A DNA stretch of 64,000 nt, from positions 1 to 64,000 of the forward strand of contig CAYLZE010000006.1 of NCBI GenBank assembly GCA_964388035.1. Reading direction: 5' to 3'. The notes beneath the pieces are model-generated. The model saw only the letters and a list, made by a program, of their open reading frames with translations. It was not told the DNA's origin and searched no databases. The stretch is from an uncultured archaeon. Its GTDB lineage: Archaea > Asgardarchaeota > Lokiarchaeia > Sigyniarchaeales > SOKP01. The position numbers and the translations under genes are program-made. This document shows, one piece after another, positions 8,833 through 18,282 of this stretch (position 1 is the stretch's first letter; each line of letters starts with the position of its first letter).

Positions 8833-9447
8833 TTAGATATTAAAACTATATTTATGTGCACTTTTAAGAGCATCGAAGGTAGCCTTGACTAAATTTTCAC
8901 TCGTTCTTGTATTTCCAAATGTTTTACTCCAAATATCCTCGATCCCGGCAAGCTTGAGTACTTGCTTTACTTTATCTGCCGATGCCAACCCCACTCCCGC
9001 TGGAGCAGGAATTAACTTGATTCTGATAGAACCGCACTTTCCCTTTAATCGAAAAGGAATGCTATGTATCCCACCACATCCGCATTCAGCACTTCCACAA
9101 CCTCGTATTACGGGAATAATGGACAATTTTGCTTTATCGATGGCTTTCCGAATAGCAGGACCTACTTCTCTGCTTTTGGCACTGCCCACTCCTAAGTACC
9201 CATCGGCACCTACTATCACCACTGCTTTAAATCGAGAGCGTTCCCCTGAAGCAGTTTGTAATTGAACCATCTTAATGGTGATAACATCTTCGGAAAGATT
9301 AGGCAGGAGAACATCAATGATTTCTTTTTCTTTTACGATTAGATTATTCTCAAAGATTTTATCTAACGTGATAAGACCATCTTGAACTAATTCTCCAAGC
9401 TTTGTTTTTGGAACCCAACTTTCTTCAAATTTTCTACCGCGACTCAT
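8833..9447 (-). CDS. rps5: ribosomal protein uS5
   Basis: WVPKTKLG, GERSRFKAVVIVG, LIPAPAGVG. Confidence 0.96.
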   Translation of the reverse strand: MSRGRKFEESWVPKTKLGELVQDGLITLDKIFENNLIVKEKEIIDVLLPNLSEDVITIKMVQLQTASGERSRFKAVVIVGADGYLGVGSAKSREVGPAIRKAIDKAKLSIIPVIRGCGSAECGCGGIHSIPFRLKGKCGSIRIKLIPAPAGVGLASADKVKQVLKLAGIEDIWSKTFGNTRTSENLVKATFDALKSAHKYSFNI

Positions 9448-9460
9448 TGTTTCTCACTCA

Positions 9461-10051
9461 TCATGCATTATTTTCAATTTCTTTTAACATTTTTTTAAAA
9501 TCTTGACTGATAGTAGTGGGATTTACCTTATTTTCAATATATCCCGAAAAGAATTTCTTGTATTTGTCTGGATCCTCATTCATTAACAGTTTACCATAAT
9601 TTGTAATGTGAGATCCGTCAATTCTTTCATTAAGGGTTTCGGGGAAAAATTCCTCATTATAAGGAATATCAATACCCGCATCTAACACGCCTTTTAATGC
9701 AGCAAGCACGCGATTGCGATGATAAAAAAGACCAAGATCGGGAACCAGTTCAGTTAATCCTGCTTTTTTAGCCCTGAGCCCTGCCAAATAGCCCGTCAAA
9801 TAAGCAGAAGGAATATTGCCCGAATTAACTTTCCAATCATAATTTTTCGCCAATTCTTTTGAATACGCGGAAATTAATACCTTATCTCCTTTCAATACAG
9901 ATTTTACCACTTGAATCCGAACGTGGTTATTGGAGACGCGGATGACTAACCGTTGCTTGCGCGACTTTAATAACTTTAGTCTTTTATGATAGTTCGTTTT
10001 TCCTTCTACTCTTCTCCGAAATGGTCTTCTATACCTGGGAGTCTTTCCCAT
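9461..10051 (-). CDS. rpl18: ribosomal protein uL18
   Basis: FRRRVEGKTNYHKRLKLL, NIPSAYLTG. Confidence 0.96.
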   Translation of the reverse strand: MGKTPRYRRPFRRRVEGKTNYHKRLKLLKSRKQRLVIRVSNNHVRIQVVKSVLKGDKVLISAYSKELAKNYDWKVNSGNIPSAYLTGYLAGLRAKKAGLTELVPDLGLFYHRNRVLAALKGVLDAGIDIPYNEEFFPETLNERIDGSHITNYGKLLMNEDPDKYKKFFSGYIENKVNPTTISQDFKKMLKEIENNA

Positions 10052-10054
10052 TTT

Positions 10055-10510
10055 TTATCGACCCCTTTTAATTAATTTATTTTCTTTAATATAACGATCA
10101 AGGTGTGCAACACTGTCAAACATGCCACCTTTAGCATTCTTATAGAGCTTACGATAGGTTCCAGGTGCGATTAATTTCCTATCTCTTAATTTCTTTAGCT
10201 CTCTCCTCAAGGGACGGATGCGCTTGATCCAATTTCTCTTTTTTGGAGATCTCGCATATTTTGCACCTTTTCTCTTACCTATACCTCTTGCTCGTCCTTT
10301 CTTCTTTCTTAAATGACGTAAATTTTTACGAGATTTGGAAATTCCTTTTTTATGTTTTTTCTGGATGATCCCCTCATCAATAAGATTACGAATATCTTCT
10401 CGGGTAATCGCCAGTTTAACTTCCTCAATTAGGTAAGGGTCCATCCAAATTCTGGACTGACCGCACTTCATTACCTCCGCAGCTAACCTTTTTTGAGCTT
10501 TAAGATTCAT
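10055..10510 (-). CDS. rpl19e: ribosomal protein eL19
   Basis: LKAQKRLAAEVMKCG..RIWMDP, ITREDIR. Confidence 0.96.
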   Translation of the reverse strand: MNLKAQKRLAAEVMKCGQSRIWMDPYLIEEVKLAITREDIRNLIDEGIIQKKHKKGISKSRKNLRHLRKKKGRARGIGKRKGAKYARSPKKRNWIKRIRPLRRELKKLRDRKLIAPGTYRKLYKNAKGGMFDSVAHLDRYIKENKLIKRGR

Positions 10511-10538
10511 GATTCATATCCTCTTGTTTATTAGTTCT

Positions 10539-11063
10539 TCACTCCTTATCTTCTTCTTCCAAGGAACCTTCCAGATCGTCTACATCTAAATATTCTTCAT
10601 CCTCATCCTTTAATCCTTCTATAGGCGTCTCTAGCATCTGCTCAAATTCTTCTAGAGCTCTTTGAGAGAGGCCCACATTCAGGATTTTAAAGTTCATTTT
10701 TTGAAGTTGCTCGATCAAGAGCATGCGTTTACGATTTCCTAATCTAGCGGAAATTTTGATGGCATGCTTTTTATTATTCAGATCTCTTGCGGAAACTTCC
10801 GCGATATTCGTGATGTTTACTTCTTCGTAACCAGAAGGATGCAACCCTCTTATTTTTTTTGGTGCTCTATATCCAACGGAGGGAGATTTTACCCCAGATT
10901 TTTCCTTTTTACGCGTTTGTGAATCAATACCGATAGCTTTTCTCCAAGGTGATTTTACTCGCACGTATCGCCAAGACTCTACTCTTCGAAAGGAGGGTTT
11001 ACGCTTCTTCATGGATTTACGTAATTTTATCAGTCTTTTATCATCATTTCCCATTTTTTCCAC
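10539..11063 (-). CDS. rpl32e: ribosomal protein eL32 with acidic C-terminal tail
   Basis: KPSFRR..WRKAIGIDS, GYRAP..RGLHPSG. Confidence 0.95.
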   Translation of the reverse strand: MEKMGNDDKRLIKLRKSMKKRKPSFRRVESWRYVRVKSPWRKAIGIDSQTRKKEKSGVKSPSVGYRAPKKIRGLHPSGYEEVNITNIAEVSARDLNNKKHAIKISARLGNRKRMLLIEQLQKMNFKILNVGLSQRALEEFEQMLETPIEGLKDEDEEYLDVDDLEGSLEEEDKE

Positions 11064-11075
11064 CTTTTTTAGTTT

Positions 11076-11657
11076 TTACTTGATTTCCCAGAGAACTTCC
11101 TCGCCGGCTTGCTTCTTATATAAGTATACACCATCTTGGAATACTCGGGGGTCTTTTAACCTTATTTTACAGCAACGCTTGAGGTTTGCCGCCGTTTGTC
11201 CTAAAGCTTCCTTATCGGGACCAACTAACAGGACATCATCTCCTTTCACGGATACTTCCACATTGTTTAGATATTTTGTTCTTCTGGGTGCTCTTTCTCC
11301 CAAAAAATTCTCTACCAAGATTTGTCTATTTTTTTCATCCACTCGTACGGTACAAGGAAAATGACTATAACATACCTTGCATACATACTTGTAATTTGTT
11401 TGGACTCCCAAAATAAGTCCTTTAACAATATTCATCATGGTATTGACTAATGCAAGAGTGCTCGTACGTGGAAAGTTGGCGGCAAAATGAATTTTCTTCT
11501 TCTCCACCCATACTTGAACTCCTCTCGCATGAGAAAAATCTTTTGTAATCGGACCTCCCTTTGGCCCTTTTATCGTGATTTGATTATTCCCCGTGATCTC
11601 TATTTTTACATCCTTGGGGATTTCCAATGATTCATTAAAGAACGCTGTTTTAACCAT
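11076..11657 (-). CDS. rpl6: ribosomal protein uL6
   Basis: YSHFP, ENFLGERAPR, DPRVFQDGVY. Confidence 0.96.
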   Translation of the reverse strand: MVKTAFFNESLEIPKDVKIEITGNNQITIKGPKGGPITKDFSHARGVQVWVEKKKIHFAANFPRTSTLALVNTMMNIVKGLILGVQTNYKYVCKVCYSHFPCTVRVDEKNRQILVENFLGERAPRRTKYLNNVEVSVKGDDVLLVGPDKEALGQTAANLKRCCKIRLKDPRVFQDGVYLYKKQAGEEVLWEIK

Positions 11658-11696
11658 CTGATTAACCTCCGATTTTTTTTAAACCTTTCATTCCCA

Positions 11697-12080
11697 TCAA
11701 TAAATATATGCTAAGGCAATTCCACCAATGTTTTTTTCCTTTGCTTCTTGAAGGGTCATTATACCTTGATTTGTGGATATTATTATGATCCCCAATCCGG
11801 GGGCAGGTAATAATCTTGTTTCTAATTCATCTAATTGTGTAAATTTATAATTCAACTTTAATAAAGCCGCACATTGATTTATTTTGCCTAATAAGGCAAT
11901 TTTAAACTTTCCCTGACGTCCATCATCATATCTTTCAAACTCTCCAATATAGGCTTTAGCTTGATAGATTCGAAGAATCCTTTGTATTAATTTTGAAGCG
12001 GGCTTAACAATGACTTCTTTCTTGCGAGCCATTTCCGCAGTCTTTATCATGTTCATGACGTCTGCCAAAGTATTAACCAT
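11697..12080 (-). CDS. rps8: ribosomal protein uS8
   Basis: KPASKLI, YIGEFE..DDGRQG, ISTNQGIMT. Confidence 0.96.
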   Translation of the reverse strand: MVNTLADVMNMIKTAEMARKKEVIVKPASKLIQRILRIYQAKAYIGEFERYDDGRQGKFKIALLGKINQCAALLKLNYKFTQLDELETRLLPAPGLGIIIISTNQGIMTLQEAKEKNIGGIALAYIY

Positions 12081-12123
12081 AATTCCTCTCTCCTTGATTA
12101 TTTTATTTTTTTTTTTTTACCTT

Positions 12124-12273
12124 TTAATCGTATCTATTAAACCCAATCTCGCGGGCTATTTCATAAAAACAACGACGACAAATATACAACCCATACCTTC
12201 TAATTACCGCTCTATGAGTTCCACAACGCCGGCATACACGAGCTCCCTTTCCAAATTTTCTTCCTTGTGGCAC
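12124..12273 (-). CDS. rps14: ribosomal protein uS14 (49 aa, zinc-binding), not in ORF track
   Basis: GTG start; [49 protein letters not shown]; canonical position between uL5 and uS8. Confidence 0.95.
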   Translation of the reverse strand: MPQGRKFGKGARVCRRCGTHRAVIRRYGLYICRRCFYEIAREIGFNRYD

Positions 12274-12303
12274 AATTTTCAACCTTTATTTGATATTTTT
12301 CAA

Positions 12304-12903
12304 TTACATGTATTCTAAATTTAATTTTTTAACGATTTCGATATTAAATTCTTTTTTTAAAAATTCCATTGTCTCTTGCTTTGAGACATAATGATGTTTA
12401 GCTACTTTTGCTCGGCGAGCTCTTCTATTCCTTACACGCATACCCGGTCTTACGAGCCTGCCTACGACGTCCAGGCCATAGATGCCGATCTGATTGTCGT
12501 ATTCCACGAAAGGGATCGAAATATGTTCCTGAATACCAAATCCGAAATTCCCATAATTATCAAAGCTATGCAATAAAATCTTATTATTATTAACAAGAAA
12601 CAATCTTAGGAGTAATTTTTTAGCTTCTTCACCGCGTATTGTAACCTTAACACCAATCGGACGTCCTTTTCTTAAATTAAATTCTTTCACATTTTTTCGA
12701 GAAAGGGTCTTTACAGGAGTCTTTCCGGTTATCGTCTGCAACACGGTAGCAGCTCTTTCTAATTCCTCCCCCGCCTCTCCAACGCCAATATTCAATACCA
12801 CTTTTTCTAAATAAGGGCGTTTCATGGGGTTTTTCCATGCTTCCTCAAAGGAAAGGTTTTGATTTGCTGCTTCTTTATTGGTTTTGGTTGCCATTTTATG
12901 CAT
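12304..12903 (-). CDS. rpl5: ribosomal protein uL5
   Basis: NPM..PYLEKVVLNIGVGE, FDNYGNFGFGI.EHI. Confidence 0.96.
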   Translation of the reverse strand: MHKMATKTNKEAANQNLSFEEAWKNPMKRPYLEKVVLNIGVGEAGEELERAATVLQTITGKTPVKTLSRKNVKEFNLRKGRPIGVKVTIRGEEAKKLLLRLFLVNNNKILLHSFDNYGNFGFGIQEHISIPFVEYDNQIGIYGLDVVGRLVRPGMRVRNRRARRAKVAKHHYVSKQETMEFLKKEFNIEIVKKLNLEYM

Positions 12904-12922
12904 TTCCTCTCATGATAATTTT

Positions 12923-13672
12923 TTAAATTGCTGGTAAACTAATTTCAGATTGTTCTTCTCCAATGATAAAAGTATAATCATATAACGTTTCGGTTTGCTC
13001 TCCTTCTTGTTGGATAGAAACCGTGCTCGCATTAGGGCCAAATCTCTTTGAAATGACGGCAATTTGCCCTAAACGCCCAATATTTTTACCGGACATGATC
13101 AGGGCTAGATTTCCTTCTTTGAATTTTAATACTTTAAGGATTTCTTGTTCAGGCACGGTAATTTTCAATACTTCCATGCGCTTGTAAATATCTTCTTTAG
13201 GATTCTTGGGATCTTCCACTTTGACTAAGATATTTCTTCCGTCATGCAAGTTTAATTGAATGTGCCCGCCCTTTACAGTTCTTTTATTGGAAATTCTACA
13301 TAATTTGAACAGGCTCTCTTCTTTTGAAATTTCATGGAGAATCAAGCCATAATGAGAATCGGGGAGTATTCTATAATACTTGTTCATTTTTTCTATGGAT
13401 AATACATCCATCAATCCTACTGGAAATCCCACATCCTTGACTGTTCTTCCGTCTACCTTAAAAAATCCTCGGCCAATTAACTTTTTTGCTTCACTGTAAG
13501 TATCCGTAATATCTAAAAGCTCTCTTACAACATGAAGTAAGGGCAAGCTAAACTTGCTCGGATGGGGCCCCGGTCTTGATTTGATAAAGAAGGTGCCTGT
13601 TTTTCTGGCAATTTGCAAAAAGCCAGGAGTATTGAGCCGCTTTACCCTTTTTTGACCTGCATGTCGAGTCAT
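12923..13672 (-). CDS. rps4e: ribosomal protein eS4
   Basis: KRLNTP, RPGPH, FPVGLMDV, QLNLHDGRN. Confidence 0.96.
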   Translation of the reverse strand: MTRHAGQKRVKRLNTPGFLQIARKTGTFFIKSRPGPHPSKFSLPLLHVVRELLDITDTYSEAKKLIGRGFFKVDGRTVKDVGFPVGLMDVLSIEKMNKYYRILPDSHYGLILHEISKEESLFKLCRISNKRTVKGGHIQLNLHDGRNILVKVEDPKNPKEDIYKRMEVLKITVPEQEILKVLKFKEGNLALIMSGKNIGRLGQIAVISKRFGPNASTVSIQQEGEQTETLYDYTFIIGEEQSEISLPAI

Positions 13673-14115
13673 GTATAATCTTCCTCCTTTTCTTTATCTT
13701 GTTTTCCTTTTTTTGGAGCAGTTATTAATTCTTCTGCTATAAATCCCGTTTTTCTCTGGATGAGTTTCGCACGCCATGGATCCATCTTTTTCTCGTCCGC
13801 AAATTTGGTAATTATAAGATTGGAAACATGAATTGGGGGATTAAACTGGGTGCCATCGGCTTTTTCAAAAACACATTCTTTTATTTTTACTCTTTGCGTT
13901 TTGGTAATAACTTCCAAGATAGTACCTTCAAAATTTTTGAATTCACCCCGGGTAACTCTGACGCTATCGCCCTTTTTGACGGGAACTCTTTTTATCCCGT
14001 AAGTTTCTCGAAGAAAATCGGCTAATCGCGTGGTCAATAAGTTGGACCGCTGATGATTCTTAGCCGTATAAAGGGCTTTTCTCTGTTTACCCGGTTTTTT
14101 TGACTTAACTTTCAT
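13669..14115 (-). CDS. rpl24: ribosomal protein uL24
   Basis: KPGKQRK, KOW motif VKKGDSVRVTRG, IHVSNLII. Confidence 0.95.
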   Translation of the reverse strand: MKVKSKKPGKQRKALYTAKNHQRSNLLTTRLADFLRETYGIKRVPVKKGDSVRVTRGEFKNFEGTILEVITKTQRVKIKECVFEKADGTQFNPPIHVSNLIITKFADEKKMDPWRAKLIQRKTGFIAEELITAPKKGKQDKEKEEDYT

Positions 14116-14137
14116 TTTTTCACCTTATTTTTCTTCA

Positions 14138-14563
14138 TCATACGATTAAAGAACTAATAGAAGCCAATCTGGGGAACATTTCCGCTGCCTCTCGTGCTAT
14201 GGGCCCACGGACTTCCGTTCCTTTGGGATCTCCTTCTTTTGTTATTAAAACTCCCGCGTTGTCTTCAAAGCATAACCTGGTACCATCGACACGACGATAA
14301 ATCATTTTTTGACGAACAACCACCGCTTTGAAGATCTGCCCTTTTAATTCGGGCTTACCGCGCTTCACCGTGACCGTGCACACGCTTCCCACGCTTGCTT
14401 TCGGCAATCGTCTTAATCGTGTTTTAGAGTGATCTACATTAATAATTTCGGCAATTTTTGCTCCAGAATTATCCGCAATCAATATACGGCTTCCATTTTG
14501 AACGCCATAACTTGTTCTTGGCTTTTCTACCTTCTTTCGTCCTAGCTTTCTGCGCGTTCCCAT
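14138..14563 (-). CDS. rpl14: ribosomal protein uL14
   Basis: ADNSGAK, AVVVRQ, FEDNAGV, KGTEVRGPIAREAA. Confidence 0.96.
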   Translation of the reverse strand: MGTRRKLGRKKVEKPRTSYGVQNGSRILIADNSGAKIAEIINVDHSKTRLRRLPKASVGSVCTVTVKRGKPELKGQIFKAVVVRQKMIYRRVDGTRLCFEDNAGVLITKEGDPKGTEVRGPIAREAAEMFPRLASISSLIV

Positions 14564-14564
14564 T

Positions 14565-14912
14565 TTATTCACCTGATAGTTTCTCTAATACAATAAAAGC
14601 TTTTGTTTTTGAAATTTTGCGAGACTCCCCCACTCTTACCAGATCCCCGACGTTAATTTCATTAGTTAAACACTCGGGCAAATGGCAAGCGAGTCGAACA
14701 TTACGTCTCTCATATCTTTGATACTTTTTAACGAATTTAACATAATCTCTTCTAATAATGACGGTATTCTTGGAGTTCTTGTTCACGACCACTCCTTTTA
14801 ATACCCTCCCCCTTATTCGAATGGTGCCGTGAAAGGGACAGTTAACATCTCCGCATGCCTCTTTATTTTTCGGGGGATTCACTCCCGGAATACCTATATT
14901 TCTCAAACTCAT
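14565..14912 (-). CDS. rps17: ribosomal protein uS17
   Basis: CPFHG..RIRG, KYQRYERR, ESRKISKTK. Confidence 0.96.
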   Translation of the reverse strand: MSLRNIGIPGVNPPKNKEACGDVNCPFHGTIRIRGRVLKGVVVNKNSKNTVIIRRDYVKFVKKYQRYERRNVRLACHLPECLTNEINVGDLVRVGESRKISKTKAFIVLEKLSGE

Positions 14913-14919
14913 GATGTGT

Positions 14920-15252
14920 TCAAATCCTTCTTTTTTTTCTTAAACTTCTCAATCTATTGAGTGGAAGTCCGATAATTTTTTCCCCATCGACTTCCAAGAT
15001 GGGATTCTTGCCATCCTTTTTAGATGGTGGAAGAATAAATCTGAAATCATAATCTTTTTTAATAAATTTTTTAACGTGATTATCGTGATTGGTAATTAAC
15101 ATGTCTCGGGATTCATCAATAACGATCCCGATCTCTCGAAAATTCGCATCTTGCGATTTTGATTTTAATCGGGCTAGCGTTTTAAACCCGATTAAATCGT
15201 GATATATAATATATTGGGGTTCCATGAACATCTCCTCATTCCTTGCTCTCAT
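14920..15252 (-). CDS. rnp1: RNase P protein component 1 (Rpp29/POP4)
   Basis: HDLIG, GIVIDESRDML, VDGEKIIG; conserved position between uL29 and uS17. Confidence 0.85.
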   Translation of the reverse strand: MRARNEEMFMEPQYIIYHDLIGFKTLARLKSKSQDANFREIGIVIDESRDMLITNHDNHVKKFIKKDYDFRFILPPSKKDGKNPILEVDGEKIIGLPLNRLRSLRKKRRI

Positions 15253-15436
15253 TAATAACAGTCAACATGCGTGCGATTTGTTTCTTTAATAACTTCACCT
15301 TAGCAGGATTATCTGATATACCTCCTCCCGTCTGATTGCTATAGAGAAGCATCAATTCTTCTCGTAAATCCTTTAATGCTCGTGCTCTCTCCGTGGGACC
15401 CATATTTCTAATTTCCTCTGCCTTGATTATCTTCAT
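15236..15436 (-). CDS. rpl29: ribosomal protein uL29
   Basis: AEEIRNM, NPAKVK.LKKQIARMLTV. Confidence 0.95.
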   Translation of the reverse strand: MKIIKAEEIRNMGPTERARALKDLREELMLLYSNQTGGGISDNPAKVKLLKKQIARMLTVINESKE

Positions 15437-15455
15437 GCTTTTTCACTCCAATTTT

Positions 15456-16292
15456 TTACTTTTTAGCTTTTTCGTTTTCCTCTTTTTCCTGCTTTTTGGG
15501 ATCCACGGACATTTCTGAGACCTCATCCATGTTTACTTCATCCAATAAAGCAGCATCATCTTCACTCAGTTTCCCCTCTTCTTCCGTGATTTCATAGTCT
15601 TTCTTCATGATCTTTTCAGCTCTCGTCTTTACCTTTTTAGCTGCGGCTTCCTTTTGAGCTTTCTCCAATTCTTCTCTTTTAATTTTTACATCGTCGCCCA
15701 TGTGGACATCAGCTCGCATGATCTTCACGATAATGCCAAGCACTCCTGATTTCTGAATGCATTGAGCTACTCCTTTATCTACCCCCACTTGGGCAATTTG
15801 ACCCGATTTTGACATCGTTCCAGCCCTAAAAATTTGAGTGCGAGCTCTTTGTGAGGTGATTTTTCCGGAAATGATAATCTCCACCCCTTTTGCTCCCGCG
15901 TCCATGACCTTCCTTAAGATATAATATCCCGCCCGTCGATAATGTCTTCCTCGATCCAGCGAATAAGCTAAGCGTTCCGCCATGATTTGAGCATCTAGAT
16001 CGGGGTTCTTCACTTCTTCTACTTCTATTTGCAGCATGTCAATAGCAAATTTTTCATTTAACATGTCCGTAATCTCTTGGATCCTCTTGCCCGATTTTCC
16101 GATCACCAGCCCAGGTCTGGAAGTTTTTAACACGATTCGGGTACCCAACGGTGTCTTTTGAAGATCTATACCTGCAAAACCTGCACGTACTAATTCTGCG
16201 CGTAAAAACTCGTCAATGCTCATCAATCTTATGCCCTGTTCAATAAAATGTTTTGCTAATGGAATTTTTTTCTCACTTTTTTTCTTTATAAT
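15456..16292 (-). CDS. rps3: ribosomal protein uS3; start uncertain (ATT 16292, ATA 16289, or frameshifted GTG 16276)
   Basis: KH motif RPGLVIGKSG and AKGVEIIISGK. The frame stays open upstream of the listed start (IIKKKSEKKIPLAKHFIEQGIRL) up to TAG at 16296-98. Confidence 0.93.
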   Translation of the reverse strand: MIKKKSEKKIPLAKHFIEQGIRLMSIDEFLRAELVRAGFAGIDLQKTPLGTRIVLKTSRPGLVIGKSGKRIQEITDMLNEKFAIDMLQIEVEEVKNPDLDAQIMAERLAYSLDRGRHYRRAGYYILRKVMDAGAKGVEIIISGKITSQRARTQIFRAGTMSKSGQIAQVGVDKGVAQCIQKSGVLGIIVKIMRADVHMGDDVKIKREELEKAQKEAAAKKVKTRAEKIMKKDYEITEEEGKLSEDDAALLDEVNMDEVSEMSVDPKKQEKEENEKAKK

Positions 16293-16300
16293 TGTCTATT

Positions 16301-16780
16301 TTAAGATGGAAATTCATAAATTACTATTTCTACATGAGTGAGGTGCTTGTACCTGGCAGAGGACCTTCCATGGGCTCTCTGAATGTACCTTTTAATCACC
16401 CTTCCTCTATGAGAGGCAGAATGAATGATTCTACATAAATCCACGTCTAATCCTTTAAACTCGGCATTGGACTCGCACGCATTCAAGACCTCATAGATTC
16501 TTGCAGCAGCTTTACGGGGATAGCGTCCCGTATGCCATTTGAATTGCTTTAAATCTTTTTTATGAGCCTGTTTTTTCTTGTATCTCCTGTAGGGAACCGA
16601 TTGCTTCATTAAAATTACTTTTTCTAAATAGGACTTCGCTTGCTCAACCTTCATCCCCTTGATTACCGCACATATCTCCCGGGCATCCTTTGGCTTGATC
16701 CTTAAATCCCTACCCGACGCTTTCGCTAATCGCTCAATGTCATATTTATGTTCAATAAAGGAATAATTCCAATTTGGCAT
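16301..16780 (-). CDS. rpl22: ribosomal protein uL22
   Basis: KDAREIC..IKGM, GRYPRKAA, RAHGRSS. Confidence 0.96.
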   Translation of the reverse strand: MPNWNYSFIEHKYDIERLAKASGRDLRIKPKDAREICAVIKGMKVEQAKSYLEKVILMKQSVPYRRYKKKQAHKKDLKQFKWHTGRYPRKAAARIYEVLNACESNAEFKGLDVDLCRIIHSASHRGRVIKRYIQRAHGRSSARYKHLTHVEIVIYEFPS

Positions 16781-16801
16781 TTTTAAAATTCCTCATTCTC
16801 C

Positions 16802-17374
16802 TTATTTCAATGGTACGTATTTTGAGCTCCTTGTGGCACCAATTCCAGGACTTCCGTGAGATACTCTTTTTCTGGTTAAGGAAAATTCTCCCAGGTAATG
16901 CCCGATCATGTCCGGCAAGATTTCTACTACCGTGAATTCCTTTCCATTATACACACCGATTTTGAGTCCCACCATTTCTGGAAAAATGAGCATGTCTCTT
17001 ACTTGCGTCCTCGTTATTAAATCTTTTCCCCGTTTTTTAGCCCGATACGCTCGTCTCAATCTCTCAAGCAACTTTTTCTGCCTCGGCGGCAATCCGCGTT
17101 TCAAGGAACGTCTTGCCCGTGCGGGTAATAATTGAATGAATTTATCCATGTTCATCCGTTTTAGTTCATCTAAGGTATATCCCCGATATTTAAAGCGAAG
17201 ACGGTCTAACTCGCTTTCCACTTCCTCTCCTTCCTTCTCCGGTTCTCTCCCTTCTCCTTCTTCTTCTTCGCTTTCGGATTCCTCTATCTCCTCCTCTTCA
17301 AGATCTTCCTCTATCTCCTCGTCTTCATCCCTTTCTTCGAAGTCTTCCTCGTCTTTTTCTTCGTCTGGAGCCAT
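16802..17374 (-). CDS. rps19: ribosomal protein uS19 with acidic N-terminal extension
   Basis: [42 protein letters not shown]. Confidence 0.96.
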   Translation of the reverse strand: MAPDEEKDEEDFEERDEDEEIEEDLEEEEIEESESEEEEGEGREPEKEGEEVESELDRLRFKYRGYTLDELKRMNMDKFIQLLPARARRSLKRGLPPRQKKLLERLRRAYRAKKRGKDLITRTQVRDMLIFPEMVGLKIGVYNGKEFTVVEILPDMIGHYLGEFSLTRKRVSHGSPGIGATRSSKYVPLK

Positions 17375-17425
17375 TTAAACCATACCACTCTTTTTTTTTA
17401 TATTACTATATACGACAAATTTTTC

Positions 17426-17433
17426 TATATAAA
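17426..17433 (-). promoter_or_regulatory. putative TATA box of the ribosomal protein operon
   Basis: TTTATATA on the minus strand about 55 nt upstream of the uS19 ATG. Confidence 0.4.
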
Positions 17434-17613
17434 TTTTAACCGTGTATATGCAATTAATAATGCATTAAATTTTAATTTATTGATAGAAACTTGTGCAAGA
17501 GAAGTCCATTCTCTATAAAAAACAAAAACTTTAAAAGGAGTAGTTGCAAATTCCATGAAAAGATACAAAACCCGTAGTAGAATCTAAATATGTCGAATTC
17601 ATTCCATAAAAGA

Positions 17614-18282
17614 TCATCCATAGTGGTTCGGATTGAAGACTCTTTCAATATCTGCTTCATCAAAATTGCCGCCCCAAGACTCTTTTATAATTGCGTAATA
17701 TTTTTTATCGGGATTAATGATCCCATGAAAACCACCTTTTGGATTGCAAAATCGCGCTCCCTTTTTCACAAAATACTCCACTTGATTTCCAGAAAGAATA
17801 ATGGGTTCTCCTCCCATTACTTCCCAATATTCTTCCCGTTGTTCATGTTTTTGGAAAGAAATGCCCATTTCGGGCTTAATGTAAATTAGATTATAGGTTG
17901 GATAAGTAAATTTTATGCTGTACCATTTGGCTAAAATATCGATATATCCATCCGGCACCTCATGATTCCTTTTAAACTGTTCTGCTTCAATCAAAACCTT
18001 TAGTTCCTTTTCATATTTATAAGGATCATATAAAATGCGCTGGAGAGAAACATCCTTACTATAGTGCAGGGTTATTTGCTCATCATTCTTGTTAATAACC
18101 ATGTATGGATCATTTGAAGCTATTTTTAATTGGAACCCAGAAAGATTTTTCTGATAAAAAGAATTCCCATTTATGACAAGCAGATTCTCATGTTTGGGAG
18201 GAGATATCTTCATGATGAGGGGAGAGGCATCATTTATCCTTAAACAAGTGCCTCTATCGGGGGAAAGCGTCTCTACGTTCAT
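17614..18282 (-). CDS. cupin-domain protein (mannose-6-phosphate isomerase type II C-terminal-like)
   Basis: ISFQKHEQREEYW...FHGIIN...DEADIER; 4-bp overlap with ribokinase. Confidence 0.7.
   Translation of the reverse strand: MNVETLSPDRGTCLRINDASPLIMKISPPKHENLLVINGNSFYQKNLSGFQLKIASNDPYMVINKNDEQITLHYSKDVSLQRILYDPYKYEKELKVLIEAEQFKRNHEVPDGYIDILAKWYSIKFTYPTYNLIYIKPEMGISFQKHEQREEYWEVMGGEPIILSGNQVEYFVKKGARFCNPKGGFHGIINPDKKYYAIIKESWGGNFDEADIERVFNPNHYG

Noticed and set aside
12010-12318. 102-aa plus-strand ORF in the uL5-uS8 gap
   Set aside because: Antisense to uS14 and uS8, which explain the region
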